Of a stretch of DNA of 64,000 nucleotides, positions 49,841 to 59,848 are shown one piece after another. Source of the DNA: Candidatus Entotheonellaceae bacterium (GTDB lineage: Bacteria > Tectomicrobia > Entotheonellia > Entotheonellales > Entotheonellaceae); NCBI GenBank assembly GCA_965238075.1, contig OZ250173.1:736001-800000 (forward strand), in the 5' to 3' direction. Position 1 is the stretch's first letter. Every line of letters starts with the position of its first letter. The translations under genes and the position numbers were made by a program. The notes below the pieces were generated by a model. The model ran no database searches and was not told the origin of the DNA. It worked only from the letters and a program-made list of their open reading frames with translations.

Positions 49841-52282
49841 ATGGCATACGAACTGACGATTGCCTGCGGCGTCGCGTTCGCCGCCGTTCTAGTTGGCCGC
49901 TATATAACCCGTGGCGCTGACTCCATCATCGCCCTCGTTGTGCGCCGCGCACTGCTGTTCCTTGGCCCCCTTTTCCTGGTGGCGCTACTGTTCTCGCTGC
50001 ACCACTACTGGCTCGGGGCCACGGCGGACATCGTAAGAACCGGCACAACAATCGGCCAACTCGAGGACGCCATCGCCAAGGTGCAGCTTCCTCCCCTGCT
50101 GCAGGCGGCCCTGCAGGGCCAAAACGCCATTGCCCTCGTGATCGCCTTGGTCGTCCTCGCGGCGCTGTTGTTCGTCAAGCCCGGCGCCCCGCACCTTGGC
50201 GTCGGCAAGGGGGCCGCCGCCGGTGTCGGCGCCGTCTATGTGGTTGTCACGATGATCGTATCGGGCGCCCTTCTGGGCCACGCCGCGATGCGGGACATTG
50301 ACGCCAGGGTCGAGCGCCTCAAAGCCCAGGTCGACGGTATCGAACGCAAGACGACGGTGTATAAGGCAGAGATCGAAGACGCGGCGCGGGAAATCGTCAA
50401 GGAAGCGCTCATCGAAGCCCTTGACGTAGCGTCCATCCAGGCACAACTCGACACCGTGCGGGCCAGCCTGCGGGCCGCCCAGGAAGAGATCGAGCCGTAC
50501 AGGTACCTGTTCCAATCCGCCGAGCGGCCCTTTGGAGGCGGCAGCCTTGGATCGGACTTTGCCGATACTTGGCGGGGCATCCAAAATGCCATCACAGAGA
50601 TGCACTGGGACCGGAAGCCCGCCAAGGCCGCCATCCCCGACGCTGGCCGTTCTGCCTGGTCGACGCTGCGGCTCTACGAAGCCGGCACGGACCTGCGGAA
50701 TTACAAGCTAGCCCGGCCCAGGGAAAACTCCTCCGAATTGCACGACACGATTGCCAAGACGTTCGACATCGTCTACGCCGCTGCCGGCAAGCCGGACTTC
50801 GCAGCCGCGCTCGAAATCGGCCATGGCTATCCTCTGGCGCCCCTGGTCGTATCGCTCGTGGACGTGTGGTACGAACCGCTGAAAGCCCTGTCGGCGACGC
50901 AGGCCGAGAGCTTGTTTCACGCCACCGTGGCGGAGCGGCAACCGTTTGCAGACGTCGCAGCCACCGCGCTAACCCAGGCGCGTGAGGCCATGACGCCGCT
51001 CAAGGCGGACTTGCAGCCCGGGCTTGAGCGGGTCGCCAGGGGTCTGCAGCGGCTTGAGGGGGAGGCCGCGCGCCTGCCGCAATCCTTCCGCCGCTTTGCC
51101 GAGCGAACCTACCCGGAACGACTGCAAACCTTTCGCAGCAACTGGCACCGGGTCCTGAGCTTTTCCACCCCCGCCGCGGCGCGCGCGGCGACAGCGTTGC
51201 GAGAGCAAACCGAGGCCCTTCTCGATGCGCCGGCAGACCCCTTCGAGAAGCACGAGCAACTCACCACGTACGAACAGACCCTGCAAACCCTGGCGGGCCG
51301 GGTGGACGACAATTCCCGCTACCAGGCGCTATTGCGGTTCGAGCAGCAGCTTCTCGATGGTCAGCCTGGAACCCGAGCCTTCGCCCGTTTCACCAAGGAA
51401 CACGTGGAATCTCGGTTGGCGGCGCAGCCCGACGCGAAGAACGGCGGGCTTGCCGAAGGCGAATCGCTGGCGGAGTTGGAAGTGCGGAGTCAGTGGCTGG
51501 AGACGCATCGTCTGGCGGCAGCAGGGTTGCTTGACGACACGGACACGGCATGGGAGCCCGGCGACCGCGAGCGTATTTTGAGGCATCTGGCGCTTGATCT
51601 GCAGTTTTTCACGCGCGCCATTCGAGAACGCTACAAGCCGGAAACGTACACGACCGACGAACTGAGAAAACGCATTCGCCGCTATAGCAAGCTGGCCAGT
51701 GCTCTGGAGCCCGAAAATCTGCAGGGGGGCGAGTTTGTCGACACCATATCGGGAAACCTCACTGGGCGCTCAGCGAAGGGCGCCCTGCGGTTTGAGATCG
51801 TCTACTTGGTAGCCAGAGCCGAAGCAAGGCTGCGGCTGTCGCCGTCCAAAGCCTCTCTGCAACTGGCGGATATCTTGCGCCAGGAGCGCGACCTCATCGC
51901 CGTTTATCAGAACGGCTCGGAAGGCAGGTACGTAAAGGCATTGTTCGACCTGTGGCAAGAGGCCGACCTGCGACCGGAATTGGGGGCGCAGGTTTCGGAA
52001 ACCGTCGTTGACTCCATCGAGGATCATAGCGAGCAACTGAAGGTGCCCGCCGTGGGCGCCGTACGCGCCCTGCGCCGCTTGGTCCAGCAATCCAAGGACA
52101 AAGCGCGGGAAGTCACCCGCCTGCGCCAGGAACTGGCGGCGCTCGAAACGTCGGACGCTTCACTCAACAAGGCGCTCACCGTGTCGCATACGCAATTCGT
52201 GTGGCTACAGGAGCAGATTCGACAGGACTGGGCCAAAACACGCCGCCAACTGCATATCAGCGCTGCTTACCGGTCGCGCTGA
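49841..52282 (+). CDS. Hypothetical 813-aa protein, four N-terminal TM helices and a long helical region
   Basis: Long ORF, GAGG RBS, four hydrophobic segments in residues 1-150; no recognised motif. Confidence 0.8.
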   Translation: MAYELTIACGVAFAAVLVGRYITRGADSIIALVVRRALLFLGPLFLVALLFSLHHYWLGATADIVRTGTTIGQLEDAIAKVQLPPLLQAALQGQNAIALVIALVVLAALLFVKPGAPHLGVGKGAAAGVGAVYVVVTMIVSGALLGHAAMRDIDARVERLKAQVDGIERKTTVYKAEIEDAAREIVKEALIEALDVASIQAQLDTVRASLRAAQEEIEPYRYLFQSAERPFGGGSLGSDFADTWRGIQNAITEMHWDRKPAKAAIPDAGRSAWSTLRLYEAGTDLRNYKLARPRENSSELHDTIAKTFDIVYAAAGKPDFAAALEIGHGYPLAPLVVSLVDVWYEPLKALSATQAESLFHATVAERQPFADVAATALTQAREAMTPLKADLQPGLERVARGLQRLEGEAARLPQSFRRFAERTYPERLQTFRSNWHRVLSFSTPAAARAATALREQTEALLDAPADPFEKHEQLTTYEQTLQTLAGRVDDNSRYQALLRFEQQLLDGQPGTRAFARFTKEHVESRLAAQPDAKNGGLAEGESLAELEVRSQWLETHRLAAAGLLDDTDTAWEPGDRERILRHLALDLQFFTRAIRERYKPETYTTDELRKRIRRYSKLASALEPENLQGGEFVDTISGNLTGRSAKGALRFEIVYLVARAEARLRLSPSKASLQLADILRQERDLIAVYQNGSEGRYVKALFDLWQEADLRPELGAQVSETVVDSIEDHSEQLKVPAVGAVRALRRLVQQSKDKAREVTRLRQELAALETSDASLNKALTVSHTQFVWLQEQIRQDWAKTRRQLHISAAYRSR

Positions 52283-52490
52283 TCCAGCCTGGGAAGATCC
52301 TTACAGCCTGTCAAGGCAATCGAAAATTGCACGCATTGAGGGAAGCGCGGCCGCTGCGAATCCGCCAATGTCGGTTTGGCCAGTATTGGGGAATGCTTTC
52401 GGCGTTCCTGGGGAGTCGCTGCGGGTTGATATGAGGGGTGCTATTCGAAGTTAAGGTTCGATTTTCCGACAGGATCGGGAGGCCAAAACA

Positions 52491-52712
52491 ATGATCGACG
52501 AAACCAACGAAATAGAGAACGAACCCACGATGAAACCGGCGACTGCCGGAGAACGCCTACGAAAGACCCTGGAGCGAATGGCGCAAGGCAACGGCGGCGA
52601 CGCCGTGAGAGCAGCTCTCGCGCTTGCACTGTGGGATAACGTGGGTGTGCCGGCCCGGGTTCAAAACCTCATCAGCCAGATGGGGCACGAAGGCACTGGG
52701 GCGGATTCTTAG
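52491..52712 (+). CDS. Hypothetical protein (73 aa)
   Basis: GGGAGG RBS before ATG; no recognised motif. Confidence 0.45.
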   Translation: MIDETNEIENEPTMKPATAGERLRKTLERMAQGNGGDAVRAALALALWDNVGVPARVQNLISQMGHEGTGADS

Positions 52713-52946
52713 TCTTCGGATGCCATGGCTCCCGCCGTGCCAAGCTGAAAGCACCAGAACCGGCCTTATGGGAATCAGCAAGGAGGTGCTCACCAGAGAA
52801 AGACGGGCCGGCGATCCCTTACCGCGGGGCCTGGAAGCAAGCCGAAGGTCCCTACACGTCCATCACCACGCCACCAGAATTCCCCTTTCCACCCTTCTGC
52901 ATGCTGGTATACCGAGGGCAACCTTTCGGCGACCGGTAGGAACTCC

Positions 52947-53489
52947 ATGAAAGCAACCCTTGAACGCTACTTCGGCTTGGCGCAGCGCGGCACCGACGTG
53001 CGGACGGAGGTGACGGCAGGCGTAACGACGTTCCTGACGATGGCCTACATCGCCTTCGTGAACCCGCAGATTCTCTCCGACGCCGGCATGCCGTTCGATG
53101 CGGTGTTCGTGGCCACCTGCATCGCCGCGGCGCTCAGCACGCTGCTGATGGGCCTGTACGCCAACTACCCGATCGCGCTGGCGCCGGGCATGGGGCTCAA
53201 CGCCTTCTTCGCTTACGGCGTCGTCCTCGGCATGGGCCACACGTGGCAAGTCGCGCTCGGCGCGGTCTTCATCTCCGGCGTGCTGTTCCTCATCCTGAGC
53301 GTAGTGCCGGTGCGGCGCTGGATCATCGAGGCGATTCCCCAAGGACAGAAGCTGGCCATCGCCGATGGTATCGGGCTCGGCTTCCTGACCTACGTCGTGA
53401 TCAAGTTGATAGCAGGACGCTGGGGCGATTGCTCGCCGACGCTGGTCGCGGTGGCGCTGCTCTTCGCCGTGAAGTTCGCGTGGCTGTGA
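52947..53489 (+). pseudogene. AzgA/PbuG-type NCS2 guanine/hypoxanthine permease with large in-frame internal deletion
   Basis: N-terminal AGVTTFLTMAYI.FVNP and APGMGLNAFF joined directly to C-terminal IADGIGLGFLTY..IK; 180 aa versus about 430 typical. Confidence 0.88.
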
Positions 53490-53544
53490 ACACCCCCGCA
53501 GGAAATCCCCGTTGGTGTGTGGAATGAAGAAGAGTCACCTGAGT

Positions 53545-53721
53545 CGTCACGCCGGCGAAAGAACGTCACCCCGGACTTGATCCGGGGCCGGAGTCCAGGG
53601 GTTTCCCAAGCGCCAAGCACCTGCCCAGACCGCGAATCGGAACTTGTCTCGTTCTTGAAACGAGGTCTGGGACAAACTTCGATTCGGGGCTGCTGGATTC
53701 CGGGTCAAGCGCGGAATGACG
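53545..53721. repeat. CGTC-type REP doublet, copy 6, with nested hairpin
   Basis: cgtcacgccggcgaaag[aacgtcaccccggacttgatccgggg]ccggagtccag ... ctggattccgggtcaagcgcggaatgacg. Confidence 0.9.
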
Positions 53722-53770
53722 ATGGGGGGCGGGCGGACGGGTCTCTACATAGGAATGGCGCGCCCGCCGT

Positions 53771-54583
53771 TCACACCATGAAATTCATGCGTGTAACGAT
53801 AGCCTCCCCGAGCGCCCGGTCGCCGTCGATGCGCACCTTGTTGGACGCCAGCGCCGGGCTCCCCTCCCAGCGGCCGTTTCCCAGGCAGGTAAACGTTTCC
53901 ACGTCCATGATAAGGCGCACGTTCGGGCTGGCCGGCGGGGTGTCAAGGAAGGTGGCGCGCCCGCCTTCGACACCGATCGGCAGGGTGCGGCCGGCTGGAC
54001 CGGTGATTTCGAAAACGACCGTCGTGCCGTCGGGGGCGGCGGCTTTCTTGCCGACCACAAAAGGCATCGCCCGGGCCATGCGGTCCATGGAATGCACCAC
54101 CACCGGGCCCTCCAGGTGGCCGGAGCGCCCAACGGCGCGGCGTACGTCCTGCTCGTGTACCCAGCAATCGAAAATACGAATGACCATGAAATCGCGTATC
54201 GTGCCGGGCCCAACCGGCGTCTGTGTGGGCTCCGAGAAGTCGTCGGCGCTCATGCCGCGCAGCCGCTGCAGGCGCGCCGCGGTGACTTCGCGGAACGCCT
54301 CGAGCACTTCCGCGCCGGAACGCGGACGCAGGAAATCCACCCATACCTCGTTGCCCTTGCCGATGTCGTTCTTGACGTGTTCCATCTCCTGTGGTGTGTG
54401 ATCCGGCACCGGGCGGCCCGCCAACCGCGACTCGGTGCCGACGATGTGCGCCACGTGATCCTGCACCGACCACTTTGGGCAGTCGGTTGCAAGCTTCCAC
54501 TCCTGCTCGCTGAACGTAGCGCACAATTCCGCCATCGAACCCCACACACGCTCCAATTTATCCACGATTTCCTGGTCACTCAT
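53771..54583 (-). CDS. Maleylpyruvate isomerase family (MDMPI/DinB-like) thiol-dependent enzyme
   Basis: W...T.CP.WSVQDHVAH, R.FD.WVHEQDVRRA, SCP2-like C-terminal domain. Confidence 0.9.
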   Translation of the reverse strand: MSDQEIVDKLERVWGSMAELCATFSEQEWKLATDCPKWSVQDHVAHIVGTESRLAGRPVPDHTPQEMEHVKNDIGKGNEVWVDFLRPRSGAEVLEAFREVTAARLQRLRGMSADDFSEPTQTPVGPGTIRDFMVIRIFDCWVHEQDVRRAVGRSGHLEGPVVVHSMDRMARAMPFVVGKKAAAPDGTTVVFEITGPAGRTLPIGVEGGRATFLDTPPASPNVRLIMDVETFTCLGNGRWEGSPALASNKVRIDGDRALGEAIVTRMNFMV

Positions 54584-54804
54584 GTTGTCTCCTTGGCTTG
54601 CCGCTGGGTGTCGAAAAGCTCATGTTGGCACAGGAACCGCCGGCAGGCAAAATCCACGCGACGCGCCGGACAGCATGCCACCCATGCGCGATTTTGCTAT
54701 GATGCACGGTCTCAGATTCCAACACGCCGCCATTCCACCCACAGCGAGCGCCAGCGAGCGTATAAGCCATCCGCCACGAGCCTCAGCGAGTGAAAGGAGC
54801 AGTC

Positions 54805-56448
54805 ATGCAAGGGAACCAGGTTATTGCGCAGATACTCAAAGCCGAGGGGGTCGACTGGCTGTCCTGCTTCCCGGCGCAAGGCTTGATCGACGTGGCCTCC
54901 ATGGAAGGCATTCGGCCCATCATGTGCCGCCAGGAGCGGGCCGGCGTGAATATGGCAGACGGATACAGCCGGACCACCAACGGCAAGAAGATCGGCGTCT
55001 TCACCATGCAGACCGGGCCGGGCGCCGAGAACGCCTTCAGCGGCGTCGCGCAGGCCTTTGCCGATTCGGTTCCCATCCTGCTGCTGCCCGGCGGCCAGCC
55101 CGCGTCGCGCATGGGTGTGCATCCGAATTTCGAGGCGGTGCCCAACTATCAGGGCGTCACCAAGTGGGCCGGGTTGTTCAATCAGGTCGAACGTATCCCC
55201 GAGATGATGTCGCGCGCCTTCACCCACTTGCGGCACGGGCGCTTGGGGCCGGTGCTGCTGGAAATCCCCGGCGATGTCGCCACCACCGAGATTCCCCAGG
55301 ATTCCTTCACCTACACACCGCCCAAGGTGCATAAGTCGGGCGCCAGCGCCGAGGACGTGCGCGACGTGGTGACGGCGTTGCTCAAGGCGTCCAACCCGGT
55401 CATCAACGCCGGCCAGGGCGTGCTGTACGCCGAGGCCACGCCCGAGCTCGTCGCCTTTGCGGAACTGACCCACGTTCCCGTCTTTACCACTCTGGCCGGC
55501 AAGAGCGCCTTTCCTGAAACCCATCCCTTGGCGCTGGGGACCGCCGCCTCTTCCGGCACGATGATGGCCCGCGACTTCCTGCGAACTACCGATTTCATCC
55601 TGGGTATGGGAACGAGCTTTGCCATTTCGCACTTCAACGCCCCGATGCCTGTCGGGGTCCCCATGGCGCAGTGCACCAATTGCGCCGAGGACCTCAACAA
55701 GGATTATCGGGTCAGCTACGGCGCCGTGGGCGATGCGAAGATCGTGCTGCAGCAGATGATCGAGGAGGCCAAACGGCAACTCGGCGCGCAAGGCCGGGGG
55801 GACGTCAACGGCGTGGTGGACGGCATCAAGCGGTCGCACAAGGCATTCATGGCGGAATGGGGTCCGCGGCTGGCGTCGGACGAGGTGCCCATGAGCCCGT
55901 ACCGGGTGATCAACGAAGTCGCCCACAACGTGGACGTGGCCAACACCATCATCACGCACGATTCGGGCTATCCCCGCGAGCAGCTCGTGCCTTTCTGGAA
56001 GCCGGTGACGCCGCGCGGCTATATCGGCTGGGGCAAGTCGACGCAGCTCGGCTACGGCCTCGGCCTGGCCATGGGCGCCAAGCTCGCCGCGCCCGACAAG
56101 ACGGTCATCAACATCATGGGCGACGCGGCTTTCGGCATGGCCGGCATGGACGTGGAAACCGCCGCCCGGTCGCGCATCGGCATCCTCACCATCGTCCTCA
56201 ACAACGGCGTCATGACCCACTACGCCGACCACTTTCCGCACGCCGCCAAGCACTGGGGCAGCAACAAGCTCGGCGGCGAGTACGCGAAGGTAGCGGAGGC
56301 GCTCGGCGCTTACGCGGAGAAGGTGGCAACGCCGGACGCCATCGGCGGCGCCATTCAGCGGGGTTTGGCGGCTACCCAAGAGGGGCGGCCTGCACTGCTG
56401 GAGATGATGACCAAGGAGGAAGAGGACGTGTGCAGTTATTGGCGGTAG
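54805..56448 (+). CDS. Thiamine pyrophosphate-requiring enzyme (acetolactate synthase-like family)
   Basis: RQER, GPG.EN, GKSAF, GWGKSTQLG, GDAAFGM..NN; AAGGAG RBS. Confidence 0.92.
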   Translation: MQGNQVIAQILKAEGVDWLSCFPAQGLIDVASMEGIRPIMCRQERAGVNMADGYSRTTNGKKIGVFTMQTGPGAENAFSGVAQAFADSVPILLLPGGQPASRMGVHPNFEAVPNYQGVTKWAGLFNQVERIPEMMSRAFTHLRHGRLGPVLLEIPGDVATTEIPQDSFTYTPPKVHKSGASAEDVRDVVTALLKASNPVINAGQGVLYAEATPELVAFAELTHVPVFTTLAGKSAFPETHPLALGTAASSGTMMARDFLRTTDFILGMGTSFAISHFNAPMPVGVPMAQCTNCAEDLNKDYRVSYGAVGDAKIVLQQMIEEAKRQLGAQGRGDVNGVVDGIKRSHKAFMAEWGPRLASDEVPMSPYRVINEVAHNVDVANTIITHDSGYPREQLVPFWKPVTPRGYIGWGKSTQLGYGLGLAMGAKLAAPDKTVINIMGDAAFGMAGMDVETAARSRIGILTIVLNNGVMTHYADHFPHAAKHWGSNKLGGEYAKVAEALGAYAEKVATPDAIGGAIQRGLAATQEGRPALLEMMTKEEEDVCSYWR

Positions 56449-56457
56449 CCCGCCTGC

Positions 56458-56561
56458 CGTCACCTCGGCGGAAAGCCAGCTCCGTGCTTGATACGGGGCT
56501 GGGGTCCAGGAGGTTTTCCGGCGGTCGAAGTCATTGGATTCCGGCCTTCGCCGAAATGACG
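56458..56561. repeat. CGTC-type REP doublet, copy 7, with loop insert
   Basis: cgtcacctcggcggaaagcc[agctccgtgcttgatacgggg]ctggggtccag ... tggattccggccttcgccgaaatgacg. Confidence 0.85.
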
Positions 56562-56573
56562 ATTTGGGAACCT

Positions 56574-56918
56574 TTAAGGGTCGTGATCCGCATGGTCGTC
56601 ATGGGCCGCGTGCGACGCCATCCGGTGGCTGAGTTCCGGCGGCGTCACAAGGCCATTGTCGATCAGGAGTTTTTCGAGGCTTGAGAGCCAGCGTTCGTAG
56701 TAAGTCGAGGTATTTCCCGCCTGTTCCGCCTTGGCAATTTCCGCCGCCAGGGCGGAACTGAATTCCCGCCATTCATAAACGCCGCTTTCCTGCAAAGCCA
56801 CGGCAAGACCAAAAATCCTCGCCTCCCACGGCGTGGCAAAGACCAACTCGCCGTTCTGGCGCGGCAGGGCCATCTCACCCGACATGTCGGTTATCTGGCG
56901 GTGGGGCGTGGTATCCAT
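56574..56918 (-). CDS. Nitrile hydratase accessory protein (P14K-like)
   Basis: LPRQNGELVFATPWEAR.F, W.EF, YYERWL..LE, His-rich tail. Confidence 0.92.
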   Translation of the reverse strand: MDTTPHRQITDMSGEMALPRQNGELVFATPWEARIFGLAVALQESGVYEWREFSSALAAEIAKAEQAGNTSTYYERWLSSLEKLLIDNGLVTPPELSHRMASHAAHDDHADHDP

Positions 56919-56964
56919 GCGCGTTCACCTCTGCGGACTCGGAGTCTTCACAAGCCGCCTTGCG

Positions 56965-57426
56965 TCAGACCAGCGCTTCAAGGGCGGCCTCCGGCGTCAG
57001 ATGCGGCGACGCAAAAGGATCAACCACCCGGACGGCGCCAAACGTCTGGCCGTGCTGCAGGTCCTCGGTCAGGAGCACATTGCACTCGCAGGCCTGCGCC
57101 GCCGCAACGATGAGCGCGTCCCACCAGGACACGGCGTGACGATCCTCCAAGAGCCAGGCGCGTTCCAAAATGGCAACGTCAATCAGCACTGGGCGCCATT
57201 CGGCAAGAACACGCACAATCTGTCGGGCTTTCGACGCCTCAAGACCGGGCTTCAGCTTACGTGTCAGCGTGGAGTAGAGTTCCTGCAGGACCTGAAAACT
57301 CAATCGTCCGCAACGCTGACGCCAAAGCAGCCTGTACCAATCGTCGGCCCGGGACTGCTTGAGCGGATTCGTCATGTCGTGTCGGTAGACGATAACGTTC
57401 GTGTCAACGAAGACAGGACCCGTCAT
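56965..57426 (-). CDS. vapC: PIN-domain VapC toxin
   Basis: FVDTNV, QVLQE, SWWDALIVAAA, LLTEDL. Confidence 0.93.
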   Translation of the reverse strand: MTGPVFVDTNVIVYRHDMTNPLKQSRADDWYRLLWRQRCGRLSFQVLQELYSTLTRKLKPGLEASKARQIVRVLAEWRPVLIDVAILERAWLLEDRHAVSWWDALIVAAAQACECNVLLTEDLQHGQTFGAVRVVDPFASPHLTPEAALEALV

Positions 57427-57441
57427 ATAATGCCTCGCCTA

Positions 57442-57690
57442 TCAGCGGGGACCCGGCGCCGAGCGGTCGTAGAGAGAGTCACGCGGCGGATAGGGCTTCC
57501 CGCCATCGTTCAGTTTCTCAGGCTGGGTCGACAAAGCGTGCTGCATCGCGGCCTCGTACTTGTCCTCCTGGCACCGCATCCCATCAAGGAGTTCTGCCAC
57601 CCATCTCGATACGCTGCGCTCGTTCTCCGCCGCCCGGACCCTCAACCAGCGGGCGAGATCCTCCGGCAGGGTAATGGTGACGTTCTTCAT
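57442..57690 (-). CDS. CopG/RHH antitoxin (VapB-like)
   Basis: MKNVTITL...RVRAAE..RSVS..V, C-terminal RDSLYDR; GAGGAG RBS. Confidence 0.88.
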   Translation of the reverse strand: MKNVTITLPEDLARWLRVRAAENERSVSRWVAELLDGMRCQEDKYEAAMQHALSTQPEKLNDGGKPYPPRDSLYDRSAPGPR

Positions 57691-57700
57691 ATTGGTCTCC

Positions 57701-58342
57701 TCATGATTCGACCGGATCCGGAAATGTGCCGGCGGCATGCACGACGGCAACGCCGATCATGGCATCGCGGCTGACCAGGGGGATGAGTGCGTCTTCGCAC
57801 AGACCTTCCGTGCCTGCGGGGCGCTCGGGCAGCACCATGTAGCGGATATCGGAATTGCTGTCCCAGACACGCACCTCGATGTGTTCCGGCAGGTCGAGGC
57901 CGAACTCGCGCAGCACCGTTCTCGGCTCCCGGACCAGCCGCGAGCGGTAGGCGTACGACTTGTACCAGGCAGGCGGCAGCCCCAGAACGGGCCAGGGATA
58001 GCACGAGCACAGGGTGCAGACCACCACGTTGTGCACGCTCGGGGTGTTCTCCAGCACGACGATGTCAGCGCCCTGCGCGCCGCTGAAGCCAAGCTCCGCC
58101 ACCGCCGCGGTGCCGTCGGCCAGCAAGCGCTGCTTGTAGGCGGCGTCAGTCCAGGCGCGAGCCACCACTTTGGCGCCGTTGAGCGGCCCGACGTCTTGTT
58201 CGTAGGTGCGCACCACGGCGTCGATGACGTCGGTGGTGATGAGGCCCTTTTCGACCAGCAGGGACTCCAGGGCCTGGGTGCGCAGCGCCATGTCGGCGTC
58301 GCTTCCGGCGTGGTCGTGATGGTCGTGGTGTGTGCCGCTCAT
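57701..58342 (-). CDS. nthA: Nitrile hydratase alpha subunit, cobalt type
   Basis: [10 protein letters not shown] (Thr/Tyr pattern of Co-type enzymes), [13 protein letters not shown]. Confidence 0.97.
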   Translation of the reverse strand: MSGTHHDHHDHAGSDADMALRTQALESLLVEKGLITTDVIDAVVRTYEQDVGPLNGAKVVARAWTDAAYKQRLLADGTAAVAELGFSGAQGADIVVLENTPSVHNVVVCTLCSCYPWPVLGLPPAWYKSYAYRSRLVREPRTVLREFGLDLPEHIEVRVWDSNSDIRYMVLPERPAGTEGLCEDALIPLVSRDAMIGVAVVHAAGTFPDPVES

Positions 58343-58347
58343 TTGCC

Positions 58348-59022
58348 TCACTCCTCCAGCGGTTCGAGATAGCTTTCCCACATGTCGATGCAGACCGTAC
58401 TGTTGACCTGCGCGGCGTCGCCCCAGAGCTCCGAAGCCGCGAAACGGACCGCGTATACCGCCTGGGGTTCGACGGTAACACCGAGCGGCTGCGCATCCTG
58501 CACGTCCTGAAAGCCGTAGAAGCGCACCACCACGCCGTGTTTGCCGCGCACGTAGCGGGTCAACCGGGTATGTCCGGGCGGGTGCAGGTTGCGGACCCGC
58601 ACGGCGTCGCCGAGGCCGAATTGGGGCTGCGTGTCCACGTCGCGGCGCGGCGAGCGGTGCGTGCGCAGGTTCGCCAGCGCCGCTTGCACCCGTTCTGAAT
58701 CCTCGCGGCGCGGCACCGGGGTTTCGGGCCGGTCGCGGTAGAGCGCTTCCCGGGCCTGCAGTTCCTCTGCCGTCAGAACGCCGCTGTCGATGAGCCCCTT
58801 GACGCGGGCGTGCAGCCATTTCTCATAGTAGCTCGACCGCAGGTAGTGCAGCGGTTCCATGGTCTCGATGTTGTTGCGCGCGCCGCCCGGAATGGGCACC
58901 GGCGTCACCGCCCGCATGGCGAACACCCGGCCCTCCCAGTCGTGGTGGAACACCGGCTCGTTCGCTTCCCGCTCGATAGCCCCGAACCCGTGCATGCCAC
59001 CCATGTCATGGATGCCGTTCAT
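58348..59022 (-). CDS. nthB: Nitrile hydratase beta subunit
   Basis: [39 protein letters not shown]. Confidence 0.96.
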   Translation of the reverse strand: MNGIHDMGGMHGFGAIEREANEPVFHHDWEGRVFAMRAVTPVPIPGGARNNIETMEPLHYLRSSYYEKWLHARVKGLIDSGVLTAEELQAREALYRDRPETPVPRREDSERVQAALANLRTHRSPRRDVDTQPQFGLGDAVRVRNLHPPGHTRLTRYVRGKHGVVVRFYGFQDVQDAQPLGVTVEPQAVYAVRFAASELWGDAAQVNSTVCIDMWESYLEPLEE

Positions 59023-59038
59023 GCCGTTCTCCTCTCCC

Positions 59039-59773
59039 TCACGCCACCATGGCCCGTCGCAATTGGTCGATTTCCGCGTCACCCAGACCGGTCGTCCGCA
59101 CATACGCTTCGATGCCGCCGTAGCGTTTCTTGAGATGCGCCAGCGTCGTGCGAATGAAGCCGGGGTCACACAGGACTAACAAATCATACGAAAAGCCCTG
59201 CGCCTCGGCCCGCCGGCGAGCTTCTTCGAGATAGACGCCCGCCAGACAGGTGCCGCTCAGCGCATAATCCGTCACGATGGTTTCCTCCGGCACTCCGGCG
59301 AGGCCGAGCACCAACGCCACGATCAGTCCGGTGCGGTCCTTGCCCGCCGTGCAATTCACCACCGCCGGCAAGGCGCCCGGCGTTGCCAGGGCTGCCAGCG
59401 CGGCGCCCACCTGCTCGCTGCGGTGGTCCAGAATACTGCGGTATATCTCAACGAGGGTCGGTAGAACTTCCGGCATGGAAGGGGTGTCGTTCAGGAGCGG
59501 CAAGTGGCGATAGGTAACCTGAGCCGACGCCGCGAAAACGTTGGGCGCCTCGGCCAGTTCCTCGGCCTGCCTGAGATCGATTGCGCTCCGCAAGCCACAC
59601 TCGATGAGGGAGGCACGGTCGGCTTCGGACAGGCGGTGCGGGCTGTCGGAACGGAACAGGGTGCGCCAGCGGGTAGTGCCGCCATTGCGGGCGGGATAGC
59701 CGCCGACGTCGCGGAAATTGTACGTCCCTGCAAACTTCAGGCGACGCGGTGGCGGCGGCGTGTCAGGCGGCAT
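59039..59773 (-). CDS. Tyrosine-protein phosphatase (IphP/PtpB-like)
   Basis: NFRDVGGY, FRSD, IDLR, CTAGKDRTG, DYALS. Confidence 0.93.
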   Translation of the reverse strand: MPPDTPPPPRRLKFAGTYNFRDVGGYPARNGGTTRWRTLFRSDSPHRLSEADRASLIECGLRSAIDLRQAEELAEAPNVFAASAQVTYRHLPLLNDTPSMPEVLPTLVEIYRSILDHRSEQVGAALAALATPGALPAVVNCTAGKDRTGLIVALVLGLAGVPEETIVTDYALSGTCLAGVYLEEARRRAEAQGFSYDLLVLCDPGFIRTTLAHLKKRYGGIEAYVRTTGLGDAEIDQLRRAMVA

Positions 59774-59848
59774 GGCTGTTGGTCTGCTTTCCAGGGGGCA
59801 AGCGGCCAGTGCCTCTTGCCCGGACTTGCGGAAGGGCGCGACGTGTGT

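Noticed and set aside
52720-52946. Purine riboswitch upstream of the permease relic
   Set aside because: The conserved aptamer core was not seen.
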